A stretch of 64,000 nt of DNA from Nymphaea colorata (taxonomy: Eukaryota): NCBI RefSeq assembly GCF_008831285.2, contig NC_045138.2:14942001-15006000 (forward strand). Direction: 5' to 3'. The position numbers were made by a program, and so were the translations under genes. This document shows positions 1-13,380 of this stretch, piece after piece. How positions within the stretch are numbered: the stretch's first letter is position 1; each line of letters starts with the position of its first letter. Below the pieces are notes generated by a model. That model saw only the letters and a program-made list of their open reading frames with translations. It was not told where the DNA came from and made no database searches.

Positions 1-3000
1 TTTTATTTTCCTTTTGTTGGGGTAAGCATCTGCATGGTTTTGCTTTTCTCTTTTTGCATTTTAAGGTCATCATGCGATCGGCAATCTCCCTCTTTCTGCC
101 TGCTGCTTTTTGAGAACTGAGAGACTGCATTATTGATCAGATGGGGCAACGTGTGGAGATAAGAGTGACGCAACCAAATTAATTAACGGGCGGTGCATGG
201 GCCACCATGTATTATGGACTGGCTAGGTCAGGATATGAGCTGCCCGGTCCTCGCCAACGTGCATGAAAGTTGACGTCCAGGGCCCGACCGACTTGTGGGC
301 TCCCGGTGCCCCTGTGGACATATTCTGCTGGCTATCATTACACCAAATAGTTTATGGGGAAAAAATCGGATAAGTATTGAATATATATTATATATATGAT
401 CTAGCTATTTTGAGTTATCCAACTCATTCATGAGAGAAGTTTGATTTATCGTGATCATGATTTTCACACTTTTTTTATTTTTATTTTTCTATCAATTGTC
501 CATCACGATGGATGAGATGGTATACATGTATAGCCACACGCACATATGTTTGTAATTAAAATAATAATGCACACTCTTTATCTCCTCCTTCCTCTCTCCT
601 TCTCTACCTATGCCGCCAAATTGATTTGGCTGGGCTCTTGGGCGAAGCTTGGAGAGTGTGACACCAAGTTGTACAATGTCGCCTCATTATGGCCATGGAC
701 ACTCGGACAAGGGAAAAGGGTGAGGGTGGCTCTCGACCCGGCAATGGATTTCCTGCCTTTGCACTTGAAGTTAGAGCAGTAACTCTATTAACAATTTTAT
801 GTCAGATTAATGTCCAAATTTTGTGCACGAGAGAGAAGGGGGTATATGCCAATGGAAGGCAAAGTAATCATACGAAGCACTAATAAGCATAGTCATCTCC
901 TAAGCAACAAAACAAAATGTATCAATACAACAGTATCATCTACAATTTCACATTGTATGCGTGAATATGTATGACATGATACACCATCCGATGTATTATA
1001 TTGGGCAGCATGGATGGTGGGAAGAATCCAATTTTATATTATATACATATATATATAATATGCGTGTGTTTTCCAGGCCATTCTATTGACTAAGACGTTC
1101 AAACATCAGTATCAATAATCTTTGAGCAGAGAGCAGAAAGGCTCCTGCGGCTCGTGATGTAGATACCTGAGTCACAGACAACCGGTATCTCGTGGAAGTC
1201 TGTGCCCGTGCATGTGTATTTTTCCATAAAGCATGCCATCAATTTTAAACATTCTGATGCACAAGGGGTGACATCACATGCATTGGTTGGGAACCCCAAT
1301 GTTGATTCTTCCTCTAACAACGACCCCATTGATCATGTGTTGGTTCACATTGTTTTAATATAATGTGTCCCACAAAACAACAGGTCAAGGGCAGGCATTA
1401 TTTATCTTGGACCTCATCTGTAAGGCGGTACTGTTACTGAAGATGCTGCTGACCTAATCTGCCAATGTTTTTGGATGTGTTGTACCATAGAATTGACCTT
1501 CTTGTTTGTTTTCCTTCCGTTATGATGATGTCTTTTCCTCTGCAGGCTGGCTTCATTTTGTTGGTTTTTTCCCCATTCTTTCTATTTCCTTTCGTTCAGA
1601 TTTGATCATCCTTGAACATTCTTGTTTGATTTCACCCTCTTGTGTGTATGTGCGTGGTGTTTCTTTAGCTTGGACAAGGGTCTTTGGAATGCTTCAAAAG
1701 GCATGGACAGTGCCTAAATTAAGAGTTTGGCATTCCTTGTGCCATGAGTAGACATCACTATTCTAAATTAAGTTTAATATCAATCTCTCTGATTTAAGTT
1801 TACGTCTTGCACCCATTAGGTTATACTGATGTTCAGCTAGTTCTTCGTCTTTGATGTCGTTCTTCTGCTACTGTGGACTAAACGGCTCCCTCAGTCTTTC
1901 ATTTTTGTCTTGATTTTCTACGTGTATTTTTCTTTACTTGGTTTGTTTGTGTATCTCTGGCGACGCCAGTACTTCTTTTGTTTGTTTTTTTTATGTTTCC
2001 ATTTTATTGGTTTTCTTTCTCTCCAGCTCTCCCCCCTCCTTGGCCCCTTGTATATGTGTGTACCTTTCTGAATGGGCTGTTTAAGTGCCAAACAGACCAG
2101 AAGGGGACTTGACAACAAACATGTTGGGATCAAGAACTGTTCCAAACTTGTACATCTTATGATCAATTAATGCAGCTTTATGATAGCTTCTAGTGTTACG
2201 GACATCGATTTCCATTTCATATTGGTACCGGCCTCTAGTCAATGGGCGAGCCACATATTGATAGACTTGTGTGGGCAGTTGCCTATGTAATTCCACAAAA
2301 TTTATTTTTTATCATCTTGGCACGAAATTTATTTTTTTATCATATTGGTTGTCTCCAACCATTTGCTTATTCATATGCTGGTGCACCCTTCATTTATTTG
2401 TTTATTGCTCTTCAATCATTTTATTATGCATTTAGTAGGTCTAATGCCTTTTTGGATGACTGCCCAAAACTGAACCCTGTTTTCTGCCCGTTTGGGTAGT
2501 TTCAAAACTGAGTTTTCTCAAACTCATTTTTAATAAAGGGTCTGGAAAATATGCCCCCTCCCCTTATTTTAATTTGATGCCCTTTATAACAATGAGTTTT
2601 TGACGTGTAATCTAAACACCAAAATCAGTTATTAAAACTATTTAAAAATAAAATCATTTTTTCCCAATCATAGTTGTCCCAAAAAAGTGTTTTCTAAGGG
2701 TATCAGAATTAGTGTCCCTCAACCAAAAATATCTGGGTTCACCACCACATGTATTGGCAACCATGCAAGTTATTTTTTATTATTTTAATAATGAATGGCT
2801 AATATGAGCCCCGATCCACTGATGTAGTTTCTTATCATTTTCGTAATAAGCTGATATGATGTGTATCAACCGATATATATATATGCCGTAAGATGCGATA
2901 ATGATTATATGTACTGAATGAATCGGATTAATACAATTGAAGCTTCATATCTAGGGATGTAAACGTTGTATAGATTCAGATAAATACACCCAAATCGAAC

Positions 3001-4738
3001 TCGGTAGAATTCAGCATAGCAAGTAAGATCAAGACGTCAAAAACCATATATATCCTAACTATTTACATATTGCATGTACATGTCGCTATCCCGATGTCGA
3101 GCTGACGGGAACTGATGTAAACTGGAGATCATTTCAGATGGATCAAGAAACCAACAACAGCATAATTTGATCCGGTTGGGCCCTGATTTGGCTCCTATGT
3201 TGAAAGAATCAACTGAGTCCAGCTTCAATTAGAGAGGACAGGTATTGAAAAGATGGCTAGTTAGGTCCAATTTATGTGGGGAGTTGGGTAACATAACATG
3301 AGGAGGTGCAGAGTCGCTCCCCTACCTACTAAAGAAGAAAATGACATGCTTATGACCACAACAGATGCAGTTCAGATCCATTCGTTTGAAGGAATGCAGA
3401 GAAAAGAAGGACATGCCAAGTTCATGATTAATTATCTTCCAAGGACTATCTTCTGATTTCAAGTTCAAACTCTACCTTGAGAAAATGATTTCAGAACTGT
3501 TCATGTTGATGTTTGCATGTAATCGAATCGGATCTTTATAATTAGTTGTCAATCAAGTGGTAGACTCAATTTTCGATTTAGTTACGAAACCGCATATGGC
3601 CGACCTTGAATCTGGATAATATTATCCAAATTACTTTTACCAGATCTGACTAAACAGATGTGAAATCATGGGCAGTCGGATATATCCAATTCCTTTGTTT
3701 CCCTACTTCCAACCACATGATTCCATCGAAAGTTTAATTTTTTTTATTTTCTAAATTGTTCAACTCACATTGATTTATAAGAATTTGCTCGAAATGATAT
3801 TAGAACCTTAAGAAACGAAAAAGGGAAAACAAAAGAGACAATCAAGCAATATTAATCTTACTAATCTTTGTACACCTCCAAAGTTCATGCTTTGGTAAGA
3901 AAATGTGGGCGGCTTCTCTAATCTGCCTAAGAAATATGTGATACAGAAAATACAAAGGGGCAGCTGGCATTTCAACTTCAAAATCTTATTTTCAATCAAT
4001 TTGCCAATTTTACATCTTAGATCCAAATAATTTGACCAAACAGTGAGCTGTCTTCAGATTTTATTATTATGTTAATCGTACTTAAAAATATTCAGTGAAG
4101 AGATTGATAAACTTAATCTATGTACATATAAAATCATATAATTTTCATTAGTCACTAAAAGTCTGAGCTTGTTTATTTGGTAAGAACCAATTTAGTTATA
4201 ACATTCAAAGTAAGTGAAACAGTATCGCACATGGTAGTCCTGTGGTTAGGCTGACGTCTACCGAATGAACTAATGATAATTACAACAATAAGAGTCTGAT
4301 ATTTTCTCCGATATTTTTCTGAAAATAGGCATCGTTTTTCAAAGGGTTGCTAAAGAGCTCAGCTGGCGCTTCCCCAAGAAACTTTCTGTAATTAGTTAAG
4401 TGCTTAACAATCAATAGAAAGGCATTCATTAATCAAAACTGCAATATTTGACAATGACTTTCACTTCAATTGAGCATTTCAGTGTTGAAGTCTCGCCATT
4501 AATTAGAGTTTCAAAGTTGTTGAACAATTATCTAATAATAAAAGCTAGTTGTTGATGCATTGAGATGTTTTCTGAATTTAGCACTACCGGTCGAAACTTT
4601 TCAAATGAACAAAAAAAAAAAATTTCACGAGGCTTTGATTATAGAAAGAGACCAGAATTTCACCTGACCATATGTTCAAGATCAAGAGTTTGAATTACAG
4701 TACATACATCAATTAGAGTACTACATATTTACTGTTTA

Positions 4739-4952
4739 CAATTCGGAGAAATAGTATTAACATAGAATCAAACTAACGACTAGACTTTCATCCTTTTTAA
4801 TAGGTGGTAGAGTGTAGCGGACTCAGCCTAACCCGCTATGCTACCAATTCGGAGAAATAGTATTAACATAGAATCAAACTAACGACTAGACTTTCATCTC
4901 TTTTAATAGGTGGTAGAGTGTAGCGGACTCAGCCCAACCCGCTATGCTACCA
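4739..4952 (+). repeat. Tandem duplication, 2 x 106 bp
   Basis: AATTCGGAGAAATAG...CCCGCTATGCTACC occurs at 4740 and 4846 with only a few differences. Confidence 0.9.
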
Positions 4953-5849
4953 TAATTGTCCTCTAAAGTTGAAAAACAGAACATGGTGGTACGATTTTTT
5001 TTTTTTTATTGATTGCGACAAAGTGTTTAAAATTCAGAAATATCGCGAGGTCTATTTAGTTTGTTGGTCTGAGGTCGCAAATTTTGACCCGGCCCTTTAA
5101 CTGGATATAATTTCTCCTTTGAAACCCCACCAACGATTTAATTGAGCCGTCGACATCAGTCCGGATCTAAGTCTGTACTTTGTCATCCCACGGAACCAGT
5201 TACATCTAATTTTAACATCGTTGTTACAAGGTACATCGGCTTCAAAAAATATAAAGTCTATAGTTGCATCTATCTGCAAATTAATCAATGGCATCTTTAC
5301 AAAATGTATACATACATACTGTGAAGAACTGAAAGTGACACTACAAATATTTGTCTCTGGTTTTTTGGTTCATAAATTCAATCATATAGTAGCTGTGAAA
5401 TGTAAAGAAAGCAAAAATATTGTAAGAATGCAGATAAAGTTGGGAGAGTAAGAAAAAGGAGTCCAGGATAGAGTATTTTTAGCTAGAGCTCAAAAGTCCA
5501 AAGAAAGGAAAAATAGGGATAAGAAGCAGGCCTACCACCCATACCAATTGTTGTGGGTGGATGACTTTATAGCACAGCAATTAATGGGCCTGCTAAAAGT
5601 TAAAACTTTAGATGTCCCACCATTGGGGAAAAAACAATGTCCAAGAGGCAACCACACTTCAACAACCACATCCATATATTTTAAGGTGTGCAGCTATTCC
5701 TTTTCTCATTCACATCATGCCCTCACCACTAGATAATTATAAACCAGTCCAATATTTATATCTAGGTTGTGTTTTATAGCCTTGGATCTGAATTCTGAAG
5801 CTACCACAAATCCACAGTGATCTTAAAGCCGTAGATTTATAATGCAGCA

Positions 5850-6198
5850 TAGGGATGTCAATGGATCATATTCGAATCAGATTAACCCTTAACTATATCT
5901 ATTTTTTTATATATATTTACATATTTGAATTCCGTTACGAACAAAGAAAACTCATATTTGAATCCAAAGTCTGACTTTTCATTCCAAATCCAATCTTTAT
6001 GTTTGAATATAAATCCGAATCCAAATTCCGAACTGAAATTTATTGATTTTCAAAATGCAAGAACATTCAACGTACAATATTTATTTACAACTAAATCTAA
6101 TCTGAATTTGAATCCGATCATATGTAAACTTTTTAATCTGAATCAGTTCTGATTTGTCAGAATGGTTCAATCAAATATCTAATTCGAACTAATCCCTA
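5850..6198. mobile_element. Degenerate TAGGGATG-type (hAT-like) MITE rich in GAATCC/AATCTG motifs
   Basis: Termini TAGGGATG...ATCCCTA with internal repeated (T/G)AATCCGAAT-like motifs. No TSD is recognisable. A shorter related relic lies at 2952-3057. Confidence 0.5.
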
Positions 6199-9065
6199 GT
6201 CCAACCACTACCCAGTTAGACCACAAATCCGTGGTTTTTATAGTGTAATGCCGGTCTCAAATCGATCCACTGTTGTGAAATCTGTCCTTTCCTTCAGCAG
6301 TGGATTTCAGTGCCCATTACGGATTTGAGATTAGCCTCGATTAGGTAGGGATATAAAATCATAAATGATCCAAACCTAAGCACACTTAAATAGTCCTTTT
6401 TCCAGAACTAACGAAGCAAAAAATCAGGCGCATTTTTTCTTTTATTTTTTGCAATCTTTCAAGAAATGGACATATTTTTTTGGAACTAAATGAACAGTCA
6501 AGTGCCCAATTTGATAACTAATACTGATAATTATCATCTAGTGGATGTTGGCAGCTGAATTCTCTAGTGGGAATGTTGGTATATGCTTTCCCCCTTTCCT
6601 TCCTTGATATGATTCATTTATTAGCAGTTGAGTTGATTGGTAGGTGATGGGTGGCTCTGCTCTTGACCCCTTCTGGAGGACCTGTGGAGACCAAAGATTC
6701 TATGTACCAGACCATATGGAAAAGTTGGTTCTTTTTCTGGCTACGGATTGCGTTTATCCACAATAGTTAATGTTTAAACATATTGTATTATATATGTATT
6801 ATGAAATGAGAAACTTGACTTGCCGGCCGGATTCCTCTTTCTTGTTAGCTGTTCGAAAGGCACACAAAAAGATTCTTGGTTGGAAATTCACGTGTTATTG
6901 TAAACAGAACTTCTGCATGCTGTGACCTCACAAATTTCTTGAGTGTTTAGAGAAGAGGTTTATAAATCATTGTCATCTCATGCTATTGCCATCAACAAAG
7001 TCTTTCTTGGGTGTACTGAAACGACGAGTTTGTTCCTCTCTTGGAAAATGTTCAAGAATTCAAATCATTATAAAATGTTAAAATAATAAACATGGAAAAT
7101 TTGTGTTTTCTCCTCACATTCTTACAAAAGATTGGTCGAAGTCCAAACAGTTATTAAAACATTAAAATAAAAATCAAAGGAAATAAAATCTACTAAGAGC
7201 ATTTTCCCCGAACAAAATGGAGGAAATGCGAAAGAACACGACAACAATGCGATAAAGAATATAAGTATTTTCGCTTTGGTGTTTTCTCAAAATATCATTA
7301 TTTTTTCTTGGTTCTTTTGTTTCATTTATTTACTCTTTTTTCTGCATGAATTGAAAAAATCAATTATATTTGTGCAATGCTACAAGAATTTCTCTTTTTC
7401 ATACCTAAAATTGGCCTTCAAAATGGATTGTTTTCTTGTGTTACTAGATTTACTGTAGTTCGTGGCCCCGAATACATATGGTGGGAAACGACAGTAGGTC
7501 CACTATGAATGATATAGGAATCCACAATCCGGAGTCCTTTTTCTTTGTACTACCAGATCAAATCTGATGTGAAAACAGTTCTAAAAGCCAAAGTGTTAGC
7601 ATCATTGTGTTCTTGGATGTAGAAATTGGTGGCCCTCATGATAACGTGAACGTGCCATGCACAAACTGTGGAAACCTACCTAAGAAAGGAAAAAGTTAAT
7701 TTCCATACTTTCGACATGAAATGTTTTCCAAGTTCCGGTTGATTCTTTTTCCCATGCTAATCACATATCCAAGTAGTTGCGACCCGTATACCCACTTACT
7801 CTAATGTGAAAATTTTGCTTATCCCATGGCTAATGTTGCCCTAATTAATCGGGCATTGAGAATGCAACTAACGCACTATCTAGAAACCATGCCTTGTGGC
7901 TTTCATAGCTGACATAAGTTGGACACCAAGATGGATTGCATTCCAGCATCTGATTAATTCATGTACAGTTTTGTGGAAACCATGATTTCCAAACAAAATC
8001 GATCATGGAGTATATATGATTTCCTCATCTTACACACACACACAGCACATCCACCCAACGTGTTCTGAAGAAAAGTGCACCAAAAGTTTTAAACACATAT
8101 TGCAGATGAAGAGAACAAGTTAACTGTTAACATAGTTTCAGTGTGTCGATTATGAATTGGAGGGGGCACGAGCCGTAGTAATCTCTAATTTGAATCAGAT
8201 AAAGAAGTTATCATATCAAACTGTTCAGATATTGCTTGATTGACTTGAACCAGATTCAAGTTTGAATATGAGAAACGAAAATGATATCTGAATTTTACAT
8301 GTCAATGGATTTAAATATCTATGAAAAGCAGATACCTGGTCAGGTAATTCAGTAAGAAAAATTGTGTACTATAATTACTAATTGGATGTGAATGTTCTTA
8401 TTTAGTCCAAGTACATGAATTCTGATTCTGTAAGAACAACGGTGCACGCCCCCCACAAATAATTACCGTGGGCTCGTAGTAAGGAATGAGATTAATTGAG
8501 TTGGTGGTGAGCACCCAAATCTGCACTTAATTTAGACTTGGGGTTGAGGGACGCTTATTATTCTTTATGAATTGAGCACTGGTTTCGACCTCGTAGACAT
8601 ATGATTCCCTGGGAAAATTCTGTGAGAAAGTATCAATTGTTTTTTCAAGTAAGGAACTTCATCAATGAGGATGATGCTTGTCAAAAATTTCAAGGCTGGT
8701 TCATTTTGGTTTGTCAATGGGCGAAATCATGTTATTGGCTCTGAAGAACAGTTGAAGGAGAAAGTGCAGCAGATGTTACTGTTTCCTGCTTACTGGAAGG
8801 TGCAGAAAATTCTCAAGAGGGCGTCTGTTTTCCATTTTGTCAAGATTCTTTGTTGGAACTTTGACCACGTGATTACATCTTCATGATCCTTCTAGTAAAA
8901 GCATGATTTTTGGAGTCAAACAAGAACCCGTGACCAACATCTTTTTCGGTATTTTTGGAGTCATAAAAAACCATTGTTCATTCACTAAAGATGCATGGTT
9001 AAACAGATTATCACAGTCAACCAGTGACTGCTGACAATACTTGCGCTGTTGGATTTGGGGATATT

Positions 9066-9113
<48 letters not shown>

Positions 9114-10696
9114 TTGTCTCAGAGTTTTAAACGGCGAGGTTTTCTCGGGTTAGACACGATGAGCTTAAAACAATGAAAAAAATATGATAAATTTTTCAAA
9201 ATTTTAAAAAACTAAAAATAGAAAAAAATAAAATAAGTGAAAAACTAATAGCACAAACATCACTGGAAAGTAGATTTGTGATAAATAAAAAATAGAAAAT
9301 AAAAAAACTGTTTAGCATTAAAAAAACTGAAAAAAGGTGAACAAAAGTGAAAAAACGTGTTAAGAACGTGTTTTTTCGTTTTAAACGACCATTTAATTTA
9401 TTGCATTTTTTTAAAAAAAAAACATGTTTTCTGTGACTTAGGATATATATATATATAGGTGACCTGATCTCAATTCCTTCAAGCTTTACTTATTTCATCT
9501 GAGCCAAGCCAAAGGTAGGCAAGTTCAAGATCATGATGAACAGTTCAATTCAGGGATCCAAGGTTGGAGAGAAAAATAAAATGTTTGCAAATCACCCTCT
9601 CAAAAGAGCAGGATTTGAACATGTTACGCTTCATGAAGGTTTTGTTCTTGCATTGAACATGTAAAAGATTTTGTACATATAAATGCTTTTTGAGGGACTT
9701 ACTAGAGTTCCGTATCGTCAATGTTTGTTGAACTTGATTAAAATGTTCGATCTAAGCTTACATATAAAACAGTTCTGGTTGTTTTTCCGTCCAAATCAGA
9801 TCCTGATTTTGTTTGGTTGTAAAAGTTTGAGTCAGTTATCATACTATCCGATGGGGAACCAGATATGAGGTTTGAAATTTTATACCAGATTGCTGTCCGG
9901 AGTGCAGTTCCGATCATGAAGACAGTTATTTATAGAAAAGCAACTAAAATTGGCGTATGCACAGATAGACTAGTAATGTTTGAGATATTTTAAATAATCT
10001 TTGAGTTAATTAAACTCATCTAACATCAGAAAGCGCATCTTTTCCGCACCATCAAAGATAATCGATATGTTCAAATTGCCTTAGCCCTGCTGCGCCTGAA
10101 TTGAGCTGCAGTTTTGTTTTCTTTTTTTGGGTTCCCCATGAACTCTTGCTCCATGAGCTAAATTGCCACTTTTTTCTTTTGTTACATTTTATTACGTGCT
10201 GTTTTCTGCATGAAGTTTTCCTTGCTCTTCCTCCGGGAAAAAAATCTGGGTTCCCATTTTTCTTGCGTGAAATTGGTTTTGGAACGTTGATCATCAGAAT
10301 TTTATGACAGTTTGTGCTGTTGAGGGCGATAGACGTCGTTTATGAATGCTATAGTTATACATCCCAATTGTTCGATGAATTCCTCCAAAGACAATGTAGG
10401 TTATACAGACGACCGACCGAAAATGTCTTTAATTCAAATTTTATTTTTTGAAGCTTTCAGCTAAATTTCTTAATGTAACGTGTCTTTGGTTGCAAGTATT
10501 CAATCATATCTTGGATAAGTTTCATGCTGAAATGGCAATCTTTTCTTTCGCAGTAAACAAAATGCCCAACCATTAGAAGCAAGATTAGTTTCTCTACGCT
10601 TTTCAAAAGCGACAAGTTGTGTTGTGTTGTGTTGTGTTCTGTTCTGTAGGGAGAAATCCTCCTGACAGATCCTATAAACCAAGAAAGGATGAGTGT

Positions 10697-10741
<45 letters not shown>

Positions 10742-11771
10742 TGAAATAACATGAAAAAGTTCCAACTGATCGTTAGAACCAAAGAACCACAGTAGTTTCA
10801 GAATCAAATCAGTACGATTGAGATCAGTTCAGAGATAAAAGCAGATGCCAGGCCATCCAAAATTATGAGACACATTAAACAACAGATATAGGAGTGAATG
10901 AGGTAGAAAGAGATGACTGGAAACTAGCTATTCAGTTGTTGGGAAAGTGTGTCCGGCCATTGAAAGGAGAAAAGGGTGCAATCTGCAACAGGGGAATAGG
11001 AAGGCAACGAAAGAGTCAAGTCCTAATTTTCCGAGTTGCTCGAAATCTTTTTTCCGGCAAGACACAAGGAAAACTCGGTCTTTGCGTTCCCCGACCCTCG
11101 GAGGTACACCCAGCTTCGAAAGTATGTTGCCTTACAAGTTTCTGCTTCAAAGTGTGGAGCAAGAAGTTCAAGTGAAGAACCAAGCTCCGAATGTATGAAA
11201 TGAAACCAAGCCACAAAAAACACCATAATATTTATCAGATAGAAAGAAAAAGCTTTGAGCTAGAAAATTTTTATATATTGCAGGGTTTAGGTTTCCCGGC
11301 TTGAGGTTCATGTCTCTATCACAATCAAGAACAAGTTCATATAAATCACTTGTTCTTCATTTTTATTATGCCGTTGAACATGTTGAATGCAAGCTACTAA
11401 GATCCCATTTTCCATTTGAATTATGCCCAAGAACTGGTCACCCTCAGTATTGAACTACTGACTTCTTTCAACTTGAAAATCTTAAATCTTTCAACTCTAA
11501 CGCATACAATTGAGAGATGTACATACTCTAATATATTTGCACCACCAAGAATTTGTACTTTTTACTAATACCCTCTCTCTCTCTCTCTGTGTGTGTGAGA
11601 ATTTAATACACTAATCAACATCTAGCATTTGGCCTTTTCCTCTTTTTTCTTTTTTAAATATTTTTGAAGTATCATGGATTCATACTCAAAAAGATATATC
11701 AGAACTGCATCACTTTTGCGTCATCCTACAAAACAAAAAGATATTCCAAAGTCGCATCTACATTTTACAAG

Positions 11772-11801
11772 CCTAACCCTAACCCTAACCCTTAACCCTA
11801 G
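11772..11801 (+). repeat. Short (CCCTAA)n telomere-like array
   Basis: CCTAACCCTAACCCTAACCCTTAACCCTAG. Confidence 0.6.
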
Positions 11802-12415
11802 CCAAATAAAAAAGGAAAAACCATAGCATATCTGAGTTATGGGCTCCCAATCATGTCTAAAATGATTGTTGGGTCCCCCAAGCCACCCAAAAATTTTGAA
11901 GAAACTGATTGTTGCCCTAAAGCTATGTGTTAGGGCCCAAACATATAAAGATAAAAGAGAGAAGAAATGTGAGGAGAGGACAAGTTTTTGTCTTTAAAAA
12001 GACAAGATTCTCACACCTCCCTCCCCATGTCATCTTGTTTGGATCTTTATGCAAGTGTGCCTCCAATGCGTCATTTCATTGTGAAAAAATTCTTGTCCAT
12101 ACCCTAAACCAACTTTCCAGTCCTTTTTAATTAGTTAGTAGAGAAAAAGTTTGGCCACATTTCTCTTTCAAAGCAGCAATTGATGTGTCTCAGTTTTACA
12201 AGGAAAGAAAGTGCTTGAAATAGTTGTTGTAAAGTTTTCAAAAATCAAACTCAAGCCCTGTGCATGCATTTGAACATTGACTAAAAAAAAATTCATGAAG
12301 ACCTTTTTGTAATACCCCAAAAATTTAGTGTTATATTAAACATTATGAATGATCTTCAAGGATTTATAAAGAAAATTATTAAATAGAAGATTGTTTTGGT
12401 TTCTATCAGTTTTTA

Positions 12416-12462
12416 AGTTAGAGTGAAACTGCTAAGGGAGTTAGAGTGAAACTGCTAAGGGA
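12416..12462 (+). repeat. Tandem duplication, 2 x 23 bp
   Basis: AGTTAGAGTGAAACTGCTAAGGG occurs twice. Confidence 0.85.
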
Positions 12463-12948
12463 TGGTTGGGATTTGCCAAACCAAGAACCTGAGTCTACAA
12501 GTGGGTTGGGTTGTTACACCTTTAGTTCTTTTAAACTATTTTACACTTGGGCTCACATTTTATAATTAAAAATCAGAAAGTACTCTCCCATTTATTTAAC
12601 TCATGAAGTCATTGTTTACTTTATTCATTTGTATTTTTTTTTCGATTTTCTAGTATTATGAATGTTTTAAGGGAATGGTATGAGCGATTTTGACAACATT
12701 GCTTGGGATTCGGTTGCCATTTCCACTGCTTTTCTTTGTAGCTAAAAGAAATAATAAAACTGAATGAAATCAACGTATCAGTTTTATGTGGTTGACCGTG
12801 ACATCTATCGCTAAGAGGGTGTTTAATTTGGTGTGGTGTAACTCGCGAAGCGTGTTCAACATGTTCTTCGCGCACAAAAGTGATGTGCCACTTATGTCCC
12901 TTGTTTGCGTTGATCAATGGGGACAATCTGTCTTTGCAAAATAGTCCA

Positions 12949-13067
12949 ATGTCATAACTCTGTTATGCAGGATTTTGGATTACTTTGAAAGAGAGATCCA
13001 CACATTTATGTCATAACTCTGTTATGCAGGATTTTGGATTACTTTGAAAGAGAGATCCCCACATTTA
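12949..13067 (+). repeat. Tandem duplication, 2 x 59 bp
   Basis: ATGTCATAACTCTGTTATGCAGG...GAGATCC(A/C)CACATTT at 12949 and 13008. Confidence 0.88.
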
Positions 13068-13239
13068 CGTCAAGCATTTCATTTATAGGTTTATTTGAAT
13101 AAATATCGTTAGGCAAGACAAATTCATATCTATAACAAAGCTGGTTCACTGTAAGCTTTTTTTTTTTTTTTTTTTTTTGAAAATTCCATACTATATGTGA
13201 CGTAGAATGTAACAACATGTGGAGGAGATATATTATTAT

Positions 13240-13380
13240 CAGGTGCTGAGTCAGGGGGTGCAGGGCCCTGGCCCTCCCTAAAAAAAATTACATATAAATT
13301 TTATTTATTTATCCTATATAAGAATTTTGAAAAAGATATTTGGACCCTGTCAAAATTTTGAAACTATAATTGGGTCTCTT
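13240..13380 (+). mobile_element. Degenerate copy of the same MITE family
   Basis: CAGGTGCTGAGTCAGGGGG...CAGGGCCCTGGCCC...AAAATTACATATAAA...CCCTGTCAAAATTTTGAAACT, similar to 20099-20262. Confidence 0.65.

Noticed and set aside
6817..6827. TGACTTGCCGG resembling the 3' half of miR169
   Set aside because: The 5' half CAGCCAAGGA is absent and no star arm is visible.
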